From Macrostomum lignano (lineage: Eukaryota): 64,000 nucleotides of DNA. The notes beneath the pieces were generated by a model. That model searched no databases. It was not told the origin of the DNA and saw only the letters and a list, made by a program, of their open reading frames with translations. Shown piece by piece: positions 23,977 to 39,688 of this stretch. The position numbers and the translations under genes are program-made. Location: assembly GCA_002269645.1 (NCBI GenBank), contig NIVC01003467.1, forward strand, positions 1 through 64,000, in the 5' to 3' direction. Positions within the stretch are counted from its first letter, which is position 1, and each line of letters opens with the position of its first letter.

Positions 23977-25257
23977 ATGCTATGCTTTTAATAATTTTTG
24001 CCTCAGTTATTTTTAAAATTTTATGTAAACTGAATATGCTCCTGTACAATGCTGCAGTTTGGCTAGCTTTTCTTGTTTTTGACCTTTGCACGATGTTCTA
24101 AGTACGCTCTTACTACTATTGGTATTGATATATTAAATTAAGTCGAAATAATTACGACAGTAGAAACTGTTCACCAGTCTTCATGACTTTCAGTTTTATA
24201 TTTCTTTGCGTACATTTCGGAATTAAGAAACTGAAAAGTGCTGCATTAGAACGGTAGCTCCAAAGCTTTTCTTGCTAAGTTTTGTATGCCGGTGCCAAAA
24301 AAGTACTGTTGACAGGTATTTTGATGTTTATCAACATCTATAAACTGAGTTTTGGTTATCTTGTAACTTGAACTTCTGAAAAACACATTTTAATGCATAT
24401 GATCGAATGCTAATTTTATTCAAAGCTCGTAAAAATCGTTCGTTATATATTTTTATTTCTGTATGGAGCCAAACATCATTTATTAAACAAATCACAGCAC
24501 TGCAAACAAGGTTAGTCAGAATGATGTTTAAAATTTTGTGGACAGAATCTCGCTGGCTACGGTGAATTCGAGTCAAAAAATTCCAGCAAATCGTCATCAG
24601 GAAAATGTAGCAAAAGTGGGAACAATGTTTTTGTCTTTAATTTTGTAAGAAATCTATATAGATTAACAAAATAAAAAGCTGTGAAAAGTACGTATACATT
24701 ACGGTATGCTAGCCATAGCTACTGTCATATAATTTAAAAAACAGGAAGAAAAAGTGAATAGTGAAAGTGACACAGAAAAATGTTCAGCATTTAAAACACT
24801 ACAAAAAGCTAAACTATTTTTAGTCGTGGCTACTAAAAACTACAGCAGATGGTGGAAATCGTTATATTATTTTTACCGTCTAAAGCTGAAACTAAAACTA
24901 AAACTAAAACTAACGGAAATTTTTTGTTAATTTTGTCGTCCTTTTTGATTTGCATGTAAAAGTAGCATCTAGCTAGTTGTAGATGATGTAGTGGAGCCCC
25001 TGTCTATCACAGGCTCATTTCTCTCATGAGAAATTTTACTTTGATTTATAGAAACGATGGCACTTCGGTATTTGCGTAGACCCTCATCCTTAATGATCAA
25101 TTTAGTAAAAAATATCTTCATGATTTTAATTATTGGGGTATAGTTGTCACTAAAAGTTTTTGCAATAATAAAAATTGATAAGTTTTGATAAGATAACTTT
25201 CAAAAATCTTTTCTGGTGTAAAAAAGCAAGCGAATCTTTAGCGAATCAGAGCTATCT

Positions 25258-28200
25258 TTAAGATGATTCGACTTTTTCTAGGCCATCTGGGGCAGCTTCT
25301 GGTTCATTATCAAAGTCTCGCTTTCGATGGAAATTGGCCTTTCTATTCTTCTTTCGCTTGCTGAGAATCTCTTCCATTGACTCGATTTTGGTCTCCAGCC
25401 GTTGCAGATATTCAACCAGGTTTTGGCTCGCGGTGGCAGAAACATTTACTGCGTGCGACTTCAGTATCTCAGTATCGCTCTTGTTTCGCGTTATTTCGTT
25501 TAATAATTTCGGTCGAATTTCACGAAAAATAGCCGCTTGAAATTTTAAGAACTCCAGATAATCTTCCGGGTATTCGGATTCATGACTCCAGTAGCCCCTC
25601 TGCAACGAAGATTTGTTAATATAAACTAATGAGACAAGCAAGACAATAAAATATTCAGTTTTACAAGTTTCGTGCTTATTCAATACAGTAGAGGAAAAAA
25701 TCTAGTTTATTCCATTATAATCCGTCCTGTACAACTGGGTCGTGACTGCCCTCTCAGCACAATGATCTACAGGATCTCCCAGAATTATGTGACAACCTTA
25801 GAAAAAGATCCTGACCGCACCTACTGGCTACATCTAGAACAAAATTCAAAATATTCCGTGGGAGCCTTACCGGTTTTTGTCCAACTTTTGATCTTCGAAT
25901 ATGCTGCTTCTTGCATCGGATTATTATTCTGATCGGATATTCCAGAAAAGAAAATGGAGGCGGCAAAAAACTGATGTTCTTGTACTCCTGCAGCATTTCA
26001 TAGTACGTCCTCCTCCAGATTCCCAAAGCCCTGCTGTGCATGCTGATCACAGTGAGGTTGAACCGAGCTATCAACAGATTGAGCATGACAATATTAGACA
26101 GAGTCAAGAACACGAACATGAACAGGTTGTTAAACCAGCCGAAGCCGTCTGGATGGGCAACTCGGCCCACATCCTGGCTTTCAGTACTACTGGTTGTTTC
26201 AAATCCGATCTTGTCAAAGTTTGTGAACAGCAGGTGAAACGGCAGTGTCAATATCTGCACGGTAGCATTCAACCTGTATTCTGTCGTGTTTGTTTTCGAT
26301 GACAAAGCTGCGACGACTGGGAACAATAAATTGAAGAAAAACACCCCAAACAAGTAGAAAATCACCAGCAGAATCAGTAGGAAAGGAACCAAATCCTTGA
26401 CGAGCAGGCTCTTAAGCATCGAGATGACCGGTCCAGTTCTTTGAAAACGATTGAGGAATGACACTGAACGAAATCCCCACAGCAGAAACGAGGTGGTCAG
26501 AATCATCTGGCAGACGTATTGTGTTTGTGGAGAAACAAACCATTGCGTTTCCAGCAGCTGTGCATTGTTGCGATTAAAAAAGCAAAAATCATTTTTTAGG
26601 TCACGGTTTGCAGGAAAGCATCCCCACGTAAGCCACAGTTTCAGTGATAAACCGGCCCACATGAAAAGAAGGGCCAACATGTCGAAATAATTCAGGATTT
26701 CCTTCAGGTACTTGTTGCAGTGACAGAATCCGCAAAGCGAGACAGCATTCACTCGCTTATTTCGCCTGAGAAATTCATTAACTTCCTGCATTGTCAGCGA
26801 AGCAGCGTATGCAAGCATCACAACATCCGGCGACCAATACTGGAACGTTGTTCGAAAATCCACGATGTACCAAGCAAAGTAAAGCATGAACACAATGAAC
26901 CCCACTAAATGACACAAAAAGCGTTGATTCGGCGTGTAGAGCTTTCCTTTGCCTAATGTGCTACAACTTTCGGTTGTCACTTTGTTGCTTTTTTTCAACC
27001 GATTGTGCCATTCCTCATGAACCAGATTGTGCACGCAATCTGTTGCAAACAGATCATCGACAGAGGCCTCCTCGACCATTTCCATCACGGTGCGAAACTG
27101 AACTTCTTCATCACTACTGTACCGTTTGACACAACAGCAGCTTTCCAATTTTTGCACACTGGCCGTAGACCGCCGACAAGGAAATCTCGGTCCCTGTTCT
27201 TCAGGCGGCGTGCCTTCGTCGCAAAGTGTACCGCGCATGTAATTCATTAAAATTTCCTTTTCTGTCCTGTTTGCGCCATTGAAGAGTCCATCAAGTGCGT
27301 TTACAGCAATGCCAATCACCTTATTGTACAGCTGTTGCAGGTCCTCGTTTTGGGAAGCTCCTCTAGCACCATAAACGTGTGGCTTCAGAGTGATCAGTGC
27401 GCTCGTGCATGCAGGAATTAGTTCAAACTGCCTAGTAGCCAATAAATCAGGCAGAACTTCTCGTGATATCTTTTTCTTTTTTGCGTCGTCAACATGAATT
27501 GCTGCATCTATGATTTCTAGCTCAGAGTATCCAGTTTTTGGTTCTCTTAATAAACCTTCGTACTCTTTATTGGTGAACTTCATTTGCTGCAAAAACTTTT
27601 TCTCTTCTTCATCATTAATCATGTTCAAGCAGAAGGCGCTACGTAGAATCATAGGGCTGTCCATTTCAAACGCCTGAATAAGAAGTGCCAATGACCGATC
27701 GACTCCATTGTCACGCTTCTCAATTATGCCTTCGCAAATCTGTCTTGCTGCCGATCTGTCCGGTAGAATCAGTCCCCTCTTCTTTGGATCAATCAGACTG
27801 CATTTTTCGGATACTTCTAGTCTTATCGGAAAAGTATCTAACTTTTGCTTAACTTGATCCAAGCTATAATTTTCCATTGCGAAACCGATGCAGGTCCAGC
27901 CGCGATCAGTTTCGTGGGCTAGTTGCAAACCCTCATTTTTTAGGTATTTGATATTTGCTCTATGCTCAGCCCTGGAGGCAAAGTGCAAGCAGGTAGCGCC
28001 TTTGTGTATTCCACCAGTGACTGTGAGGCGCAGTAAGTCATGGGGTGACAATTGCGACTGTGACAATATGGCTAGCGGTTCCACCAACTCCTTCAGTTCC
28101 TGGCTGCTCGAGAATGCGTGTATAGCATGCACACCGTTTGAATTCGACAGAATGCGCGCAATAAACAGCATTTCCCCAGCTTTTTGCTCCTGTAGAATGC

Positions 28201-30940
28201 CTTTCAATACGTCTTTAATTGGAACACCCGAGTTGGCGGCGCACAAAAAACTGAGGCCTGTTTTGTTCAACGCGTACTTGCTAACTTTTTTACCAATCAA
28301 GGCTTTAATAGCGTCAATGTAGTGTTGCCATTCACTTTCAGAAATCTGCCTATTGGGCTGGAACAGGGAATGCAGCAGGGTGTTCTCTTCAGAGTCTGTT
28401 TCCCTGAATAGTCTCATTATTTCGCTATTCCTGGGGCGCCCGACACTGCCAACGGAGCGGATTTCGTTCGCTCCCAGGCTCTGCGGCGCGCCATCTGACG
28501 CGCCCTGCTCTAACTGACTTTGTTTGCGGGGCCGCGTATTTTGTTGTTGTTGTTTTTGTTGTTCGCTATTGTTCTGGTTGCTTGGTTTTATATCTAACTT
28601 TTCAATGAGTTTCCTGACGGTCGCTGGATTTTTTACGGCTAGATGCAAAACCGACTGTCCTTCAAAGTTTTTCCAGCCAAGACATTTCGGTATTTCTTGT
28701 AACAGCCAGAAAAATACGTATTCTTTTTCTTTGCAGTTGTCAGCAGCAATATGAGCGACTGAGTTTCCCCATGAGTCCCTGCGCGAAAGATTCTTCTCAA
28801 GATCTGTCTTTCTTACTTCGGTCAACACATCCCTCAAAAATTTAGAATCGCAGTATCGTATGGAAATCTGGAATAACGAAATTCCAAAATCGTTTTTCCA
28901 ACTGAGGCAATCGATGCCAAACGTTTGAATTATTGAACGAATTATTTTTGAATTTTCTTCCGGTGTTGTTTTGGACTTTTCTTCCGGTGTTGCTTTGGAT
29001 TTTTCTTCCGGTGTTGCTTTGGACTTTTCTTCCGAGTTTGCATTAGAACTCGATCGTTCTAGCTTCTTAATGCTCTCATATTCTTTGCTCAGAAGTTTCG
29101 AATAGAATCGATCAATCTTTTTCAGCCTCGCTAACAGAACAGGATTGTTCCAACTAGAAGCAGCTACATTGAAAACTGTTTCTCCATGGTTATTCCGCCA
29201 ACTGAGGCACCTGGGTCCTAATTCTGCTTGTGTTTCCCAGAATTTTAATGCTGCCTCGTGGCTAGGGTTTCTGGCCAAGCAGTGCATCACAGTGTCTCCG
29301 TTGATGTCTTTCCATTGCCAACTGTCAATGCTAGCCTTTCCAGTAAGCTTCTGTACGGTATCTAGACTGTAGTTCTCCGCTGCCATGTGGAGAACCGATT
29401 TCTTTTTATAGTTCTTAAGATACAAGTTACATGTAGACAAGTTAGCGAAGATACCAGCGACATTCTGATTGTCTGTTTTTTTCAACATCAATTTTTCCGC
29501 TTTAGAGTTTTGTGCCACGTAGTGCCAAATTGTGTTGCCTTCACTGTCCAGTTTCGCTTCAGCATTTCTGTCGATTAATTGCCCAAACACACCGGGTTCG
29601 CAATTCGCTGCCAAGAGCTGCAGTACAGTTTGACCTGCCTGATTCTTCTTGTACAGATCCCAGTTTGAAAAATCAGCTGATGTCAATTGTATCGCCTTAT
29701 TTCTGGCCAAAAAGTGCATGATAGTATTATCGAAGGCATCCATCATGTCTAGGCCTGTCAACTCGGCATTGGTTTTGAGTTCATTAAACGTCTCTTTGCT
29801 GCAGTTCTCAGCTGCAACATGTAATACAGTTTGGTTAAAGTTGTTTACAGAAAGCAGATACCGCTTTTCACCGAATTGCTTTTTGTCCACAAGAAAGTAT
29901 GTAGAGGCACCTTCGTTTCGAGCAATACAATGCAAAACTGTATTGCCATTTTTGTCCTTCATAAGCGCCCTAGCAACTCGCGTACTCGGGTCATTCGACA
30001 ATAGTGTGTCCAAAACCTTGAAGTCGCAGTTTTGTGCTGCAACGTGCAGTACTGTTTCTCCTAGATAATTGCTTTCATTTATTAACACTGCGCCAAAAAA
30101 GTTTTCAAGCATCGTGAAAATATCTGGCGTTGCTTTCTTATTCTTTGCTAAGTAATGCCATACTCTGTTAAGGCCAGAATCTTTCCAGCCGGCACTCTGA
30201 CTGACGTCAGCTGCTTGTAAGAACTCTTGGACAGTCAACGAATCGTAATTTCGAGCCAAGATGTGTAAAACAGTTTGCTTTTCATGGTTAGGGATACCCA
30301 GCCAGTAATAGGCTGACTGTCCGTTAGAAATCGCAGCCCGAATAGCCTTTTTCATGCTTTCGTTTCTCGCAGCATAATGAAGAATGCTATCGCCTCTCGA
30401 GTCTGACCTTTTCAAAGAATTCGGCTTTGTGTCGAGCAGCTGGCAGCAATAACGTAAGGGCTCCTCTGAGACATCTTTGTTTCTTGCAGCGCAGAGTAAT
30501 ACGGCATTACAGGCAACAATGTCTCTAATTTTACCTGAGACCCGGTAAAGATTTTTTTCAAATTGTTTTTCAGTGTGACACCGAGCAGAAAGGTGCAATG
30601 GAGTGACTCCGTCTTCATCAGGAGTTAACAGGCATTCGTAGCCAACTTTATCGACAATAAGATCAAGCGCTGTCTCCCCATCAGGGCAACCGGCGGCGTA
30701 GTGGACAGCGGTCCTATTAACGCTATCTGCAAGTTCGAGGTCTTCTCTTTTCAGAGTTTTCATAAATTCAATCGCCTCGGTGAAATTACCATCGCGAATC
30801 CGCTTTAGAAGTTCCGTTGAGCGTTGAAAATCTAGCGGACCCGCTGCACCAAATCCACACGCGAACACTTGCTCAACCAGCTCCAAAACTGTTTCATCTT
30901 TGTCCATAGGCCTATTCTTTCCGTCAGATTGCTGAGCCAT
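25258..30940 (-). CDS. Ankyrin-repeat TRP cation channel, paralog 2. Exon 30940-25871, intron 25870-25600, exon 25599-25258.
   Basis: Uninterrupted 1690-codon exon with about 19 ankyrin motifs, FATDCVHNLVHEEW, six TM segments and NIVMLNLLIARFN...IWRRTYYEMLQEY...LPPPFSFL. Donor GTAAGG at 25870 and acceptor TTGCAG at 25600 are in phase 0. An acceptor near 30988 suggests an additional upstream exon. Confidence 0.93.
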
Positions 30941-31094
30941 TTTTGGGTTCTGGAATCGGCCCGGATGATCCCTCGACGCTGGACTGTCTGGTAAAGTTGA
31001 TTAAAAATTGCAGTATTCAAAATCACTTAGAACAAAAACAGACATGTAAGATAAGATATGAAGATGAGAACTAAGGTAAAATTGTAAAAAAAAC

Positions 31095-31670
<576 letters not shown>

Positions 31671-31894
31671 AAGAGCTTCTTTAAGAAAGGCCCTACTTTG
31701 CACATGAGCTGCGCAGCACACCAACTCTTATTCTTTGGCCTTCAAGCCTACATGTACTGAAGTGTAAAAACTCTGTAGGACTTCGCTCAGTCTTAAAGCA
31801 AATATAAAGTAAGTCGTTTGAAACAGTGTAACACAGCGGGAATGCTCTCGTGAGGCTTACAGCTAATTGTTTAGCTGTTACAGCTAACAGCTTA

Positions 31895-32277
31895 CACCAA
31901 GAGACAGGGGTGCCCACCAAGAGACAGGGGCGCACACCAAGAGACAGGGGCGCCCACCAAAAGACAGGGGCGCCCACCTAAGAGACAGGGGCGCCCACTA
32001 AGAGACAGGGGCGCCCACCAAAAGACAGGGGCACCCACCAAGAGACAGGGGCGCCCACCAAGAGACAGGGGCGCCCGCCAAGAGACAGTGGAACCCACCA
32101 AGAGACAGGGGCGCCCACCAAAAGACAGGGGCCGCCCACAGCCGACCAAGAGACAGGGGCGCCAAACAAGAGACAGGGGCGCCTACCAAGAGGCAGGGGC
32201 GCCCACCAAGAGACAGGGGCGACCACCAAGAGACAGGGGCGACCACCAAGAGACAGGGGCGACCACCAAGAGACAGC
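31895..32277. repeat. 20-bp tandem repeat (CCACCAAGAGACAGGGGCGC), about 19 units
   Basis: Direct inspection. Confidence 0.95.
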
Positions 32278-32559
32278 GATCGATCATTAAAAAAAGTATT
32301 GTAGTGCTTAAGCGGAGACTTAAATCTACAGAGTACAGTAGAGCATGTCCAACCATAACACTTTTGTTTGAGATTAAGTAGATATATACATAAAAAATCA
32401 AGGAGCTGGGCACTTACCCAGTCCCGCTCACTCTTTGCAGCTCAGTGACCAGGAGTTATTTTGTTGTCTAAGCCTTGGACTTTGTCCTAGAAATCCTGCC
32501 TTGCCGCTACGACTCCGAGAAAACTGCTGTATATTTATCTACATCGAAGGATAGTCAGG

Positions 32560-32720
32560 TCTCACCGATGCAAACCAAATATGGCAATGGCGGTCCGCAG
32601 TAAAATGGTCTCAAGTCCATTTTTGGTGATGGACGAGCACAAGAGCTTGGCTTCTTGAAGTCCAATTATGGAAATTTTTCTCCGATGGAGTTTCTCAGTC
32701 TAGAATATTTCTATTATTGC
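32560..32720 (-). mobile_element. Possible decayed non-LTR retrotransposon APE-endonuclease fragment
   Basis: Minus-strand KLHRRKISIIGLQEAK resembles the APE motif (IDI..LQET). It is surrounded by stop codons. Confidence 0.3.
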
Positions 32721-33819
32721 CAGTCCATACGTTAGTCTGTGTACAATGAGAACAATGGGATTCTATTTTAAAAACTGAAACTCAGACTTAGACTTAGGCC
32801 AGCTGCCTGTAAGCAACAACACTTATCTTAGACTTAGGTGAGAAAATGAACTAGCCTTATTTTTTTCAATGACAGTGTACTGAACCTGTGCACCTTTTTA
32901 CTGTCAGAAATTGTAAACTAGAAAACAGACTCGAGAAGTACTTCTAAGTAGATATACTGTGTAGGCATAATTTGTCCTGTGAATTCCAAAAACTTATCTG
33001 TATTAATCTTAGCAACAAATCGACCATTAAGAAGGAAACTAATGAAAAAAACTGTCAAACTCGACTCGGTTTAGTAACTCGATGAGAGGCAGCCTAGCTG
33101 ATAACTAAAATATTATTTATAGTGTAATATTTTGAATTTTTCACCATTATCATGTTGATAGTTTATCTTTTCATGTAACAATGAATTAATTTCTATCAAC
33201 GCCGAGTGCTTTTTGAGCTTGCATTGATTGATCGACTTTTGTCTATGGTCGAAACCGACGAGCCCGAGCTTTCGTAGAAATTTACACCCCCACGTAATGG
33301 GTTGGTCGGCCGTTTAATTTGGCTCTTCTTTTTCAGTGGAACTCCAAGTCTATGGTAATAGTTGGGACTTTTGCTGGGCGTCGTAAGAAGACACGATGGC
33401 TAAACCGACTATATGATGCTGTTGAAGCAATCGTCGGAGTTCGAGTAAGAAGTAGAATCGAATTTTTATCAAGCCCCAGTGAAAAAGAAAGTCCTTAGGA
33501 TACCTTTCTTAGGCCGAGCTTGAGAATAGCGTTCATGGACTCTCGACCATAGGCGCCGATGTGACACTTATTAGTTACTCTATATACCTATAGAAAGTAA
33601 GCTAAAAACACAACCATTTGAATTTGTAAACACTTATCGCCGATTAGAACTAATCGAGAGTTTTAAAGATCAGATCGTCAAACTCTGTAGTCTAAAAATA
33701 GCTGCAAATGAAAACCGAAACTGCGCAATGAAAATGTACTCAAACAGCTGTGTACAGTCTGTTAGGTAGCGAACGCAGACTAGTTTTATTTTTAGCTTCG
33801 AATAAAAGAGAGATAGAAG

Positions 33820-34212
33820 CATGGATGAATGAATAGAATGGATTGCTATTCTGGCTCTGGCTATTTTCGTTTTTGACTCTTTTGCATCCGGTTCCCCCCC
33901 GTGCCTTTTCATTGGTTGATGATTGCCATAGACAATTTTCGGCCTTCGCCCCTTTCTTTCGATGCACAAGCGCTTTCGCTCGTGTTTTGAAATAAAGGGG
34001 GAAGACCTACGAGCGCTCGATATTCTCTGCAAGTAACTGACATTCTCAGTTCTTTGCGCCTGTGCATCGAAAGAAAGGGGCGAAGGCCGAAAATTGTCTA
34101 TGGCAATCATCAACCAATGAAAAGGCACGGGGGGGGGGAACCGGATGCAAAAGAGTCAAAAACGAAAATAGCCAGAGCCAGAATAGCAATCCATTCTATT
34201 CATTCATCCATG
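33820..34212. mobile_element. Foldback MITE, P-superfamily-like, 393 bp
   Basis: Near-perfect TIRs of about 154 bp (33820-33973 / 34056-34212) starting CATGGATGAATG. Perfect 8-bp TSD GATAGAAG (33812-33819 / 34213-34220). Confidence 0.88.
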
Positions 34213-34502
34213 GATAGAAGGCTCAACTCAAGTGAACTTAAATTCGACAGGACAAGCCATAATTGTACTCATAACTATGATCATTGCGCATATATCCATA
34301 GTTTTAAAATCTTATATAATGCATGCTGTCAACTACTTGATTTGACGAACAAAATAAGTAATTTATTTTGCCTTCCTGTATAATAATTTTACGGTTTTCT
34401 GTTGCATAGTTAAGAACTTGAATTCCGATTTGAAGGCCGATGAGCAGTGCTCGGCAGAAAGGAGCCAAAGAGCCTTGGCTGTAATAGTAGTAGTACGAGT
34501 AA

Positions 34503-35484
34503 AGGCTCAATCACACTGCAATCAAATGAAAGACCAAGTCACACGACTAGTTTGACTACACAGCATTTCCTCATTTTTCTGTGATCACTTGAAATCTCAG
34601 CTAACATAGAAAATTTTCAAATTCAGCGACAAAAGTTAATAACGCGAGGGCCAGTTGATTAACTAAAACGCTGTAAATTGGTCGCTTGCCTCTTACACAG
34701 CACTCGAAGTTGCGCAACACACAAAACTCAACTCAAGCCACTCTATTTCAACAACTCTCCGTCTAGTTTGACTGTCGCTTCACAATTGATTGGTCATCAC
34801 ACCAGTCAGGTTATTAACTATTTTATTTTCACATGAGCCAGGGGTCGGCAAACTCCGGCCGGCAGGGCACATGCGGCTTGCAAAGCCTCTCTGTCCAACC
34901 TTAGCGGTCCTTTGAAGCTCCACAATAGCAATCCGGCCCTTAATGTTGGTCTCTTCTCAGTTCTCTTCTCTCCTCCCCTCTCTTCTTCTCTCCTTCCTCC
35001 TCTCCCTCTCTCTCCTCTTTTCTACTCTCCTAACCTAATTCTCATCTCTCCTCTCCTCTCGTCTCCTCTTTGCTCCATTTCCTCGCCTCTCCCTTCTCCT
35101 ATCTCCCTTCTTTCTTTTTTATTCCCTCTCATCTTCTCCTTCCTCCGGACCGCAGTCATGCTCTATAGGCTCTCTATCTGCCCCTTGAGATAAAAATCCG
35201 AACCCTGACATAATAGGAAAAAGAACCATCAGGAAAGTGTAATATGCTTGCTAGGTTGTTCGTTAGCTCGCGCCAGTTATATCAATAAGAGCGCTGGCCT
35301 TTGTACTCTGATACAGACTGTACACTGGTACAATGTACAAAATAGCTTTCTCAAACTTGCTCAAAATATATATGTACAATTTAGGCTCGACTGAGGTCAT
35401 TGTCAAAGATTCGTTATTCATCAACTCAAATTTAGTGTGATCACTCGAAAATTGGCCTCATTTGATGGCGGTGTGAACGAGCCT
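34503..35484. mobile_element. PIF/Harbinger-like non-autonomous element
   Basis: Imperfect TIRs AGGCTCAATCACACTGCAATCAAATGA / reverse complement AGGCTCGTTCACACCGCCATCAAATGA. TAA TSD at 34500-34502 and 35485-35487. Confidence 0.7.
34839..35207. mobile_element. hAT/Charlie-like fragment with a CT-rich tract, nested in the Harbinger element
   Basis: The left end CAGGGGTCGGCAAACT is typical of Charlie-type hATs. The candidate right end TCCGAACCCTG matches only partly, and the TSD is degenerate. Confidence 0.35.
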
Positions 35485-36442
35485 TAATGGTTGTGCTACT
35501 CCCGACTCGGGATGTGCTAGATAAGTTTCTAGAAGTTCCCAGAATACGTTAGGACAAAATTAGTAAACTCTATGATTAAATATGTTATTAAGGTCAGCCA
35601 GGTTTGGAACTATATTTAGTTTGGCTGGAATGAAGAATTTGTATTTAATTTGCGTATTTGTAGAATTTGAAATTGCGCGCTCTAATCTTTAATGCTAGCT
35701 ACTTACTCAATGACTACTCAAGTAGATGGAGGGGAAACTATGTTTCCTTAAAAAATTGTATTTTAACAAAAATTTTACTAAATGCGTATAATGTGTACTG
35801 GAATGATAAATTTGATTTGTAAAAATACTGAGTCAACCTGTTTCCGTATTTTTATGATTTTAGGTATATGACGCGTACGTAAGATATCAAATTAACGGAA
35901 TTCTAATTTTATAAACGAAAAGCTTTATGAAAACCTACTATATCTCCTTAATGCATTTTTCGGTAAAATCTGCCTTCAAAAAATTCCCAAGAAGCTTAGT
36001 TTCCTGTCCTTCTACTTGACTAGTCCTTAATGCTACTATGAGTAGCTCAAAGCTGCCACCACAGCATTTATAATGTCTACGTACCGGAAATTTCTCAGAG
36101 AGTCTTCGAAGAGTTGAGGTAAATTTTCCAGCTCATGTTACCTGTCGGGGTAAAGTTACTTTAAGAAAAACTGCTTTGTTTTTTGGAACCAGATTTTGAT
36201 TATTAATATGATACGTCCCTTCGACTTCCCGATAAAATTGGCAGAGGTAGCCTCTGATACGAGAAAGCCATCTTCGAATAGATATTATAGACACAGAAGA
36301 AAACTGGAATTGTAAACAGATGAAACATTTATTACATCCTTGATAACACATTTAAGTACGATATTTGAGTATACTCGTATTGTCACAGTTATATGATTTA
36401 ACAATTTGGCAATTAGTAAGACTTAATTAAAAGCGCATTAAT

Positions 36443-39688
<3,246 letters not shown>

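Noticed and set aside
33243-33552. 10-bp inverted repeat CTATGGTCGA / TCGACCATAG as a MITE or hammerhead
   Set aside because: No TSD, the match does not extend, and the CUGANGA core is broken.
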